Shown: positions 34,827 through 43,653 of the stretch, in pieces
Position numbering within the stretch: position 1 is the first letter of the stretch
How the letters are laid out: every line of letters starts with the position of its first letter
IMG/VR virus record: IMGVR_UViG_3300042502_001233
Coordinates: 248,001 to 312,000 of that record
Length of the DNA: 64,000 nucleotides
Strand: one strand, 5' to 3'
Notes under the pieces: model-generated
The model's input: the letters and a program-made list of their open reading frames with translations, nothing else
The model's database searches: none
Told to the model about the DNA's origin: nothing
Translations under genes and position numbers: made by a program

Positions 34827-36731
34827 CTACTTTTCGTCTCCGTAAATTGGCATATATCTTTCATCGTAACCAACGATTTTTCTATGTTTATTATCATCAA
34901 TGTATTTATCATCAGCATTTTTTTGTTGGTCAAACTCTTCTTTAAGTTTGATTAACCCATCTCTTAGTTCTTTTGGCAAAAGAGATTCATCAGCTAAAAT
35001 TTCTTGTCTGATTTGTTCGTGTTTTTGGTGAATATTATTCCCATGTTCAATTATTTTTTCTATTTTATTCTCCATATTTTTAATTTTTAAAACATTCAAT
35101 TAGTTTAATACTTGGTAAATTCCAAACATCAATTATTTTATAATCTGAACCATCAGTATTTGTTAGTATGATATTATTCGGTTCAATTTTGAAATCTGTT
35201 CTTATACAAATACCAAGGTTTTTATCGTTTTCTCTAATAAGAAAAAATGGTTCAAAACTTTTACTAACATCAGCTTTGTATCTTTTATAATTATAAACAT
35301 CATGTTCACCTATAATATGAAAATCTTTAAAATTATCAAATATAACACAAATCTGTCCAGATGCTATAACAACATCTAAATCAAATTCTTTCATATAATA
35401 CCTAACGAAACTATTTAAACTTTCGTTATGTTCAAGTTGTGTAATATCATTATTTGGTTTTTTATAATCCCAAACATAATCTTTTACTTTATCAACATTT
35501 TTTTCATATTCCTTAAATGTTTTATATTCAAGTCTTTTTAATATTTCTTCCATATTTTAATATTTTAACAATAAATCATTCAATTCTATATCTAAACCAA
35601 ATAATGATTTTTCAATCACTTCACGTATTGTTAATGTTGGTTCATCTTTCATAATATTTAAACAAATTAACATTAGCTCATTTGTTCTATCTGTTTGGTT
35701 GGTGAATTTAATCACATAATCAATATATTTTAAATCATCAAAATGTTCCATATTTTTAATTTTCATATATTTTAAAAATTTCTTCAATTTTAACTATTTT
35801 ATTACCAAATAAAACTTTATCACCAATAAACTCGTATTTAGAAATAAGATAATTTTCAAACCAATGTAAAAAAATAACAATATCTTGGTATGAATATTCA
35901 CTTTCAATATCCATAAATATTTTATGGTCTAAAAACATCCCAATAGGGTAGTAAACCCAATCATCTGGATTTCTACTATCTACTTCATCCACTAATTCCC
36001 TACAAAAAGATAAATCATTAAAATGATGATTATATACGTGAGGCTCATACCCACCAATTTTATTTTTATATGGTAAATTTAAACTCTTAATAAAATAAGG
36101 TTTTTTTTCATAATTGACATTAGATTCATATAATGAATTACGAAGTTTTAGTTTAAGTTTTTCTAACTTTTTATCGTAGTTGGTATTTGTCTTCGCAACA
36201 AATCCTTTATTTTTAAATTCTTCAACTTCTTCATCTGAACAATCTTCAACCCATTTAATATCAATATCAATAAGTTCTGTTTCTACTGAAGTGTCATCGT
36301 TTATTTTAGTTTCTCCACGATAGGCAAATGGTATTAAACCATTTTCTGGTATTTTAAAATTTTTTTCCATATTTTATAAATTTATTTTATTGATTAATTG
36401 GATATATGAGTTAATAGGTAATTTTTCAGATAAATATTTTTTTATTATTTCTGAATTATTGTATTTTTTTGGGTTATCCAAAAACTCAAAAAGAATTTCT
36501 TTAAATAAATCTTTTTCAATATCACTTTCACTACAATAACTCATAAAATCACCAAATGATGGTATGAAAGTATTAATATCAGTCATTATTATTTATATGT
36601 TTTAGTATTTCTTTAATAACATCTACCCATTGATTGGTTTCAGTTATATGTTTAATTTTGTTTTCTGAAAAAGAAGATACTTGTCTAAGACCTTCTTTAT
36701 CTGTAATAATAATCTCCATTTTATTTTCCAT
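34827..36731 (-). CDS. Cassette 4: operon of six ORFs (34827, 35080, 35557, 35756, 36374 and a short ORF near 36586-36731)
   Basis: ORF track; own TATATTTG promoter box near 36746. Confidence 0.7.
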
Positions 36732-36800
36732 AATTTATTTTTTTTACAAATATACTAATTATTATTCAATTAATCAAGTTTTATCTTAAAATCACCGTAC

Positions 36801-36824
36801 TGGTTATAACAAATGTTATAACCA
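36801..36824 (+). repeat. Collapsed attC-like site 4
   Basis: tggttaTAAC-aaat-GTTataacca; no hairpin body. Confidence 0.7.
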
Positions 36825-36827
36825 ATA

Positions 36828-37849
36828 CTACTTTTCGTCTTCGTAAATCGGCATAAAGTTTTCAGAATAACCAACTATTTTCCTATGTTTATTCTCTTCG
36901 ATATATTTATCATTAGCTATTTTTTGTTGGTCAAATTTTTCTTTAAGTTTTATTAACTCATCCTTTAGTTCTTTTGGTAAAAGAGACTCATCAGCTAAAA
37001 TTTCTTGTCTGATTTGTTCATGTTTTTGGTGAATACTATTTCCATATTCAATTATTTTTTTTATGTTATTCATGATTAAACGTATATTTTATATTTATTT
37101 TCTTTATAAGTTATTAATAATAATTCTCTAGGTATAACAGATAATGTATCTAACCAATTATGTCTTTCAGTTTCTGTTTTCTCCAAATATATATCTTCTC
37201 TAATGGTGTTTAAGCAGTCCGTTCTTATTATTGTGTTGAAATTGTCTGATAAAACCAATCTATTTTCTAATTCTAAATTAGTTTTAATAACGTTTAAACC
37301 AATACTTTGATATTGGTTCGTGGTTTTTGTGATTTCATTTATAAAATCACACATTTTTAAGTGCTTTAAAGATGGTTCATTTTTAGTAACTAAACTAAAA
37401 AATTCAAAATCAGTATCTTTATTCAACCAATCATACTTTTTAATCGAAATTATTAGTTTTAATTTATCACGATATTCATCAACTTCAGTTTTTGAAAGTT
37501 CTCCGACCATAACCCACGTTAAATCTTCAATAAATGTTTCATTACCATCAATGGGTGTTAACTTAGCTTTCGGAACGCCAATCATTGTTTCTTGTTCATA
37601 TTTATTACCACATTCTATTAACGATTTATTTGGATAACTTGTTTTTGTATCAGTTTTATAAATAAAATTAACTTTCCTTGGAATAAAATATTCTTCCAAT
37701 TCTTTAAATATTTCTGGATACCTTTCTTTTAAATATGAGTCACATTTTACGTAGTCAATACCATATCTAAAAGTCGTTTTATGTAATGCTAAAGAATAAC
37801 TTTTAATCACATCAATCAAATTATTTATATTATATATGCTTTTTTTCAT
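36828..37849 (-). CDS. Cassette 5: two ORFs (36828, paralog of 34827; 37076)
   Basis: ORF track; ends nearly identical to cassette 4. Confidence 0.75.
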
Positions 37850-37921
37850 AATTTATTTTTTTTACAAATATACTAATAATTATTCAATTAGTCAAGTTTT
37901 ATCTTAAATTCACCGTACTGG

Positions 37922-38015
37922 TTATAACAAGGTGTATAAGAAAGTTTGCTATTAAGTTTAGTTGTAATTTGAAAGTTCATCTAAGCAAACCTTCTCATAC
38001 ACCCAATCGTTATGT
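37922..38015 (+). repeat. attC-like site 5 (family A)
   Basis: TAAC 37925, GTT 38009. Confidence 0.9.
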
Positions 38016-38091
38016 GTAAGTGTGAGTTCCCTCTCCGAATTAACTTTTGTGTTAGAAAATTTTAGAAAAAAGAACCCACCGCACATATTTT

Positions 38092-39033
38092 TTATTTTTT
38101 TTCAGTTATTAAATTATTATCTAAAGCATAAAATAATTGTATAAAGTATCTTTTATCTTTTAATTTCACATCTCCAGTATAACTATCATATGTTCTACCG
38201 TTTGTCATTCTTATTTTCGATAATGGTTGAGTTCTTAATAATTGAATGTCTTTTTCATTCATATTAAAGTATGATTCACCATCACAGTTAAATTTTTTCC
38301 AAGATTTTTTAGTAATCTTTTCACCATTTTCAAAAAGAATAATAATCTCATCATTTTCATTACATCCACCAATACCTACCATTGTAGTAGTAATCATTGA
38401 AAATGATAGTTTATCAGAGTTTATGTGTGTTGATATTCTGAATCCAATTTTTCCAACATCGTTAGCACAGATAAAATCTCTACTTCCATATACATATGTT
38501 TCCCCACTCATAACATCAGTTTCCTTTACTACATAAACACTGTCTTTTGATGTTTGTCCAAAAGATACTATTGTCATTAAACACATCATTAGTGTCATCA
38601 TCATTACTTTTAAATTTTTCATTTTTATTTATTTTAAGTTAATTATTTTTTAATTTCTACAATCAATCATTACAGTTCCACCACCACAAATATACACATC
38701 ATTAACGTGAGTGTTATTTTTATAATGTTCTTTTAAATCACTTTTTAATGTCTCATATTCATTACCATTTACAACTTTTTCAATTCTAACATTAATTAAT
38801 CTACCAGTTGGCATTACTTTATATGAACCATCCTTTGTGTATTTTGTATATTCCTGACCACCTAACATCCCATAACTTTGGTATGTGGTTTGTAAAGATT
38901 CAACAAACTCATCAGTTATTTGATACAACTCTGTGTTTGGTTCTATAATGTTTTTCACTTTATCACCAACACCATTACAAGACATCATAAAAACAGCCAA
39001 TAATCCCATTAAAATTAATTTTACTTTTTTCAT
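38092..39033 (-). CDS. Cassette 6: secreted protein (38092) and lipoprotein (38650)
   Basis: Signal peptide ...VSFGQ; lipobox FMMSC; TACCTTTG box near 39096. Confidence 0.75.
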
Positions 39034-39202
39034 TTTATTTGTTTTTTTAATTTACCTACTCTAAATCAGTTTTCGGTTTCCCTGTTTTTGTTTTACAAAG
39101 GTAAGTATAATTTCTTAAATAAAAAAATATTTCCCCTTCTTTTTTTCTAAAATTTTCTTTTAGTGCTTCAATTGAAGTTCATCGCTTAATAATCACACCT
39201 AC

Positions 39203-39297
39203 ACATAACAAGGTGTATAAGAAAGTTTGCTGTAAAGTTTGGTGGTAAAATTGAAAGTTCGTCTAAGCAAACCTTCTCATACACCCAACCGTTAGCA
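39203..39297 (+). repeat. attC-like site 6 (family A)
   Basis: TAAC 39206, GTT 39291. Confidence 0.9.
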
Positions 39298-39303
39298 CCA
39301 ATA

Positions 39304-39732
39304 CTACGTCCATTGCGGAGAATCAGGCATTTCATATCCAAGTTCTTGTAATTTCAGGTATCCGAAAAAGTGATTTTTATTATATCCTGATATTTCGTCA
39401 TCTGAACTATATTCAGTAAACCAAACAGATTTATGGTGAAACTGCATTCTACACTTTGATATAGTAGTAAAATAACCATCACTTACGGTATCTTGGCTAA
39501 GTAGCTCTACATCAATTGAACAATCCCCATACTTTCTAAATGATTCATAAAAATCAAGCCCAAGTATTCCGTTTCTTGAAATTATAGTGTTAACTGTCAA
39601 AGGGTGTATTCTGTTAATAACTGAAATTACATCTTCGTCAGTAATATCAATTAGTCGTTTCAAAACCGTACTGGTGCTAACAGCACCTATACCCAATTGG
39701 GCAGTTTCGTTGTTTTTTGAAGTTTCTTCCAT
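39304..39732 (-). CDS. Cassette 7 gene (start inside attC7)
   Basis: N-terminal TAQLGIGAVS encoded by the attC arm. Confidence 0.75.
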   Translation of the reverse strand: MEETSKNNETAQLGIGAVSTSTVLKRLIDITDEDVISVINRIHPLTVNTIISRNGILGLDFYESFRKYGDCSIDVELLSQDTVSDGYFTTISKCRMQFHHKSVWFTEYSSDDEISGYNKNHFFGYLKLQELGYEMPDSPQWT

Positions 39733-39807
39733 TTTATTAAGTTTTATCTGTTATTGAAAATTTGTGCTATTTATTGCCCAACTGGGCATAGCTACAATCC
39801 GTTAGCA
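39675..39807 (+). repeat. attC-like site 7 (family C)
   Basis: TAAC 39678, CTATACCCAATTGGGCA / TGCCCAACTGGGCATAG, GTT 39801. Confidence 0.88.
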
Positions 39808-40095
39808 GTAATCAGGATGAACTGCTAAATAATGTAAGTAAATAGAATGAATTTTTGGCTTACCAATACAAGTTAATAAACTAACTTGTTCTGCATTAAT
39901 AAATTCTGCTATTGGAATTTTACCTGAAATATCAATTCGTAATATTTTAATTGGCTCTTTAGATTTATCAAAAGTGTTGTAAAAAATATTTTTTTTAATT
40001 AAATCTATTTCTTTTAAAAATAAATCCGAAAAGACTACTGCTAACACATTATTGTCGCAATTGGCGGTTTTGGTACTCTCTGAATGTTTTGTCAT
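39802..40095 (-). CDS. Cassette 8 gene (start inside attC8, stop at the crossover TTA)
   Basis: ORF track. Confidence 0.7.
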   Translation of the reverse strand: MTKHSESTKTANCDNNVLAVVFSDLFLKEIDLIKKNIFYNTFDKSKEPIKILRIDISGKIPIAEFINAEQVSLLTCIGKPKIHSIYLHYLAVHPDYC

Positions 40096-40172
40096 TACTT
40101 TTATTTTTAGTGATTAATCAATAGTTTGTTTTGTGTTTGTCGCCACCTGACGACAATAATCCAACGTTAAAT
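40039..40172 (+). repeat. attC-like site 8
   Basis: TAAC 40042, ATTATTGTCG / CGACAATAAT, GTT 40166. Confidence 0.85.
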
Positions 40173-40499
40173 GCAAGTTATCCCAAAATCACGTTTAAGA
40201 ATTTTGATACAATTTTCCTTATTAAGTGATGAAATATAAATGCAATTTTCTTTTTTAATAACTTTTTTATTTTTCTTTTTAAAATTACCATTAACAGCAT
40301 CGTTCCAATGAATCTCTTTTATTTCAAGCTCGAAAACGGCTAATTCAATAGTTCTTTTATTTAAATCAAACTCAAACAAAATGTGATTTTCGTGTGGTAT
40401 AATTCTTGAATCAAAAACTTTTTGAATTTCTGCTTGTTGCTGTTTAGTGATTTCAATTTTATCTTTTACTTTGTCTTTTTCAAAATCGGATAATCTCAT
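40167..40499 (-). CDS. Cassette 9 gene
   Basis: Stop at the crossover TTA. Confidence 0.75.
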   Translation of the reverse strand: MRLSDFEKDKVKDKIEITKQQQAEIQKVFDSRIIPHENHILFEFDLNKRTIELAVFELEIKEIHWNDAVNGNFKKKNKKVIKKENCIYISSLNKENCIKILKRDFGITCI

Positions 40500-40510
40500 A
40501 TTTAACCTGC

Positions 40511-40643
40511 ATTTAACAGCCGTTTGGCAAGATTAGTGCTTTAGGGCTTAATTTATAATTGTCTTGTATTTGTTATTTAAGTGATAAAATGATAGTTTTA
40601 CGCTTATTTATCACTAACCTCGCCAAGCGTGAAAACGTTAGCA
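40511..40643 (+). repeat. attC-like site 9
   Basis: TAAC 40514, TTGGCAAGATTAGTG / CACTAACCTCGCCAA, GTT 40637. Confidence 0.85.
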
Positions 40644-40982
40644 GTCATTGCTACCATACGTTTCCAAATCGAAAATTTCGCCAACTTCATTTCTATATTG
40701 AAATTTAAAATTGTCTGTTAAATTTCGTGTCAATGATGCACTTGAAAATACTTTTTTATTTTGAACACAACTTGCAATATCTTCAATCTTTGCTCTACCA
40801 AAATCGTAGCTATCACCGTGCAAAGTAAATATTGAATTATCTCTATCAAGTGTCCACCATCCACCGCCTTTAACCTTTGAAATATCGGTTGCAAGTTGTT
40901 TATGATAAGTACATTTTGCCACTATTAAGCAGTCGCCTTCTTGGTCATCTGTTTCGATTATAAATTTTGGGAATACATCCAT
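40638..40982 (-). CDS. Cassette 10 gene
   Basis: Likely start MDVFPK; GGGWW...G.S.DFG motif. Confidence 0.75.
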   Translation of the reverse strand: MDVFPKFIIETDDQEGDCLIVAKCTYHKQLATDISKVKGGGWWTLDRDNSIFTLHGDSYDFGRAKIEDIASCVQNKKVFSSASLTRNLTDNFKFQYRNEVGEIFDLETYGSNDC

Positions 40983-41021
40983 TTTTAAATTGAGTTTTGT
41001 TGTTAATAATCCGCAACGAAC

Positions 41022-41152
41022 TGCTAACATAGTGTTGCCAAAATGGGGGCAGACGTGCATTTAATGAACATTTGTACTGTATTCAGCAGTAGTGCTTTTA
41101 ATGGGCTTTTGTACTATAAATCCCCTACTTCGGCAACACTCAGCCGTTAGCA
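41022..41152 (+). repeat. attC-like site 10
   Basis: TAAC 41025, AGTGTTGCC / GGCAACACT, GTT 41146. Confidence 0.85.
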
Positions 41153-41162
41153 GTAATTATTG

Positions 41163-41387
41163 CTAACCGTTGTACATAGAAAAAGCCACTACATCGAAGT
41201 CGCCTAAAAAATCTTCTTTCTTTCTTGTCACGATAACTTGAACTTGTATTTCTTCATTTTCATTTATAACTAAACTTCCACAAGAGGTTGAAAAAGCATA
41301 GTTTTCTTGGTTTTCTGCTAATTTTTCAGCACATTCTTTGATTGCTCCTTTCAAATAAAGCGAATCGATTAATTTTTCTAAAGCCAT
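41163..41387 (-). CDS. Cassette 11 gene
   Basis: Likely start MALEK. Confidence 0.7.
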   Translation of the reverse strand: MALEKLIDSLYLKGAIKECAEKLAENQENYAFSTSCGSLVINENEEIQVQVIVTRKKEDFLGDFDVVAFSMYNG

Positions 41388-41408
41388 AATATTTGGTATT
41401 ATAACTAC

Positions 41409-41539
41409 TGCTAACATTCGCTATACAATAGTTGGGTTAATTTTTAAATTTAAAGTTCAGTTTGTACTTTTTTAATCAGTCTTTAATCGAAGTTTGGGTC
41501 TGTACCTTTCCCAACCATCGTATAGCTTTTCCGTTATAA
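41409..41539 (+). repeat. attC-like site 11
   Basis: TAAC 41412, GCTATACAATAGTTGGG / CCCAACCATCGTATAGC, GTT 41533. Confidence 0.85.
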
Positions 41540-41544
41540 GCCAT

Positions 41545-41793
41545 TTAAAGCGGAAACCTACTACGACAATATTCTCCATCATTTTTTTCGTAAAAACTTC
41601 TTGCATCTTCACGAGTTCCTACAAAAACACATCTATCCTCTTGCATAATATAAACACATTCTCTATTCCATAAAGCAAGTGGTATTTTAAACCATTTCGC
41701 ACCATCTTCAATATCATCGTGTACATGAAGAGAAAAACGGCTTATAACAGCGGTTTTGTCGCATTGTGGCACTTGGTCTTTTTCTGTATTCAT
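41545..41793 (-). CDS. Cassette 12 gene (start inside attC12)
   Basis: MNTEKDQVPQCDKTAVISR. Confidence 0.7.
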   Translation of the reverse strand: MNTEKDQVPQCDKTAVISRFSLHVHDDIEDGAKWFKIPLALWNRECVYIMQEDRCVFVGTREDARSFYEKNDGEYCRSRFPL

Positions 41794-41877
41794 AGTTTTT
41801 AATTTAATTATTGTTTTATTTTTGTTAAGTTTGGTCTTTAATCGCCACAACGACGACAAAGCCACAGGACGTTAGTA
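41742..41877 (+). repeat. attC-like site 12
   Basis: TAAC 41745, GTT 41871. Confidence 0.85.
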
Positions 41878-41882
41878 GCCAT

Positions 41883-42086
41883 TTAAGAAAGTGCTTTTTT
41901 CAACGCTTTCAATATTCTTTGGCACTCTTTCTTTTCTTCACCAACATTATTCCAAACAAGAAACTCATAAGTACTTATCATTCCTTCTGCTGTATCTCGT
42001 CTTATTTTAACATTAACAAAACGGCTACTAACAGCACCTATACCCAATTGGGTAGTTTCTTGGTTATTCAAATTTTCGTGTTCCAT
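41883..42086 (-). CDS. Cassette 13 gene (start inside attC13)
   Basis: MEHENLNNQETTQLGIGAVSSR. Confidence 0.7.
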   Translation of the reverse strand: MEHENLNNQETTQLGIGAVSSRFVNVKIRRDTAEGMISTYEFLVWNNVGEEKKECQRILKALKKALS

Positions 42087-42158
42087 ATTTACTTTATTTT
42101 AAGTTGATAATTTTGTGTTTCAAATCGCCCAACTGGGCATAGCTGCAAAACGTTAGCC
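42026..42158 (+). repeat. attC-like site 13 (family C)
   Basis: TAAC 42029, arms nearly identical to attC7, GTT 42152. Confidence 0.88.
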
Positions 42159-42164
42159 GTAATT

Positions 42165-42431
42165 CTAATCACGCCAAGTGATGTGCATTGCTTCTAACTT
42201 ATCCCCAAGTATCGGACTGCCATAGTTTTCAAACTTCATTTTAATTGAAGGATAAACTTCCAATCCATTTGGACATTGTGTTTTTAATGGTAGCTTTCGT
42301 TTATCTTCTGAAATTCGTAATGCTTCTAAAATGAAGTCATTCAAACTTTTATCTTCGGAAGAAGAACTACGGCTAACAACGTATTGCTGAACATTGCCAG
42401 CTTCATCGGTAATTTGAACTTTGTATTCCAT
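42165..42431 (-). CDS. Cassette 14 gene (start inside attC14)
   Basis: MEYKVQITDEAGNVQQYVVSRS. Confidence 0.7.
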   Translation of the reverse strand: MEYKVQITDEAGNVQQYVVSRSSSSEDKSLNDFILEALRISEDKRKLPLKTQCPNGLEVYPSIKMKFENYGSPILGDKLEAMHITWRD

Positions 42432-42504
42432 ATCAACCTTTTATTTTAAATTAAACATTTGTGCTTCTAAATTGGCAACGTCAGCAATACGCAAAACGTT
42501 ATAC
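42371..42504 (+). repeat. attC-like site 14
   Basis: TAAC 42374, CGTATTGCTGA / TCAGCAATACG, GTT 42498. Confidence 0.85.
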
Positions 42505-42520
42505 ACAATATTTTTACCAA

Positions 42521-43020
42521 TCACACCGCATAAATCCATAATTGAGTTATTTGTTCGTCAGTAATATTTTCTGGTGTTATATCATATTCACCATATTTTT
42601 TCATATATGTTATATATTCTAATTTCATATCTTTGGATAACGAGTTCCAAAAATTTAATGATTTTTGTCTGTCTTCCATTTCTTCATCATTCATAACTCT
42701 AATTATTTTATGTTCTAATAATTGTGGTGCAATAATACCTTGATTATATAACCAACTCGCTAACTTAAATTGTAGTCTTACTAATAGTGTTTTCATTTCT
42801 TATTTATTATTTATTAAAATTACTCGAAAATAGGTAAAAAAGTTTCGTTATCATAACCAATAATCTTTTTACCGTTTTTTATATTATCGTTTATCCATTT
42901 ATCTTCTTCAGACCACTTTGTTTCAAATTCTGTTTTTAAATTATTCATTCGGTCTTTTAAATCTTGTGGGATATTATCATTATTTAATATCTCATTTCTT
43001 AATTGTTCGTGTTTTTCCAT
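42521..43020 (-). CDS. Cassette 15: two ORFs (42521; 42820, paralog of 34827/36828)
   Basis: ORF track; TATATTTG box near 43035. Confidence 0.7.
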
Positions 43021-43085
43021 AATTCTATTTTTTACAAATATACTAATTTATTTCTAATTTATCAACCCTCCCACAAAAATACTGT

Positions 43086-43179
43086 GTATAACAAGGTGTA
43101 TAAGAAAGTTTGCTATCAGCATTTGTGGTAATTTTAAAGTTCATCTAAGCAAACCTTCTTATACACCCAACCGTTATAG
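43086..43179 (+). repeat. attC-like site 15 (family A)
   Basis: TAAC 43089, GTT 43173. Confidence 0.9.
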
Positions 43180-43208
43180 GAAATTTTATTTTTTTTCTCA
43201 CCGCACCG

Positions 43209-43511
43209 TTAGCATCTTGGAACACCTTCTGCTGGGTCATACCATCCGTGAATATTAAATTCGTGCTTTGGCGAAGGTTTTTTACCCCATTTAGCAACTG
43301 CTTCTTCTTCTGTTTTTGGAAACGGAAATTGATTATGAATAACATTTAGTTCTTGTTGGTGCTTTTCATCACCCATACTTGGGTCAATTTCGTGTTTAAA
43401 AACTAAATTAAGATGCTTCTTAATCATTGTCGTTTGTTCTTTGGTTATTGTTTCAGCGTTGCTTACTTCAAAAAAACCTTGTAGCCAATAGGCAAAATCT
43501 CTACTTGTCAT
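43209..43511 (-). CDS. Cassette 16 gene (MTSRDFAYWLQGFFE, a phage-type motif)
   Basis: F.YWLQG..E...IK.HL.LVF motif. Confidence 0.75.
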   Translation of the reverse strand: MTSRDFAYWLQGFFEVSNAETITKEQTTMIKKHLNLVFKHEIDPSMGDEKHQQELNVIHNQFPFPKTEEEAVAKWGKKPSPKHEFNIHGWYDPAEGVPRC

Positions 43512-43557
43512 ATTTTTAAATTTGTTTATTGCCAACCCACAAAAAAATAAAACTATC

Positions 43558-43653
43558 CTATAACACGGGTTTGACGTAATGCCACCAGATAGTTTAGGCT
43601 AAATTTAAAGTTCGTGCAAGGTGGCACTAACGCCAAGCCCGAAACCGTTATGA
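43558..43653 (+). repeat. attC-like site 16 (last)
   Basis: TAAC 43561, CGGGTTTGACGTAATGCCAC / GTGGCACTAACGCCAAGCCCG, GTT 43647. Confidence 0.85.

Larger units (their letters stand above)
33319..43649 (+). mobile_element. Array of 16 gene cassettes (integron-like)
   Basis: Each unit starts GTTA-n and ends with the complementary n'-TAAC followed by a hairpin ending CGTTA. Confidence 0.88.

Noticed and set aside
34727-43345. ORFs 34727, 43145, 33887 and the N-terminal extensions of 40638, 41163, 41545
   Set aside because: Frames running through attC sites or neighbouring genes; better starts exist or they are shadows
33863-43653. Repeats as a CRISPR array or simple terminators/REP elements
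   Set aside because: The spacers are whole genes, the repeats vary in length and lack U-tracts, no cas genes are present, and the end complementarity is cassette-specific
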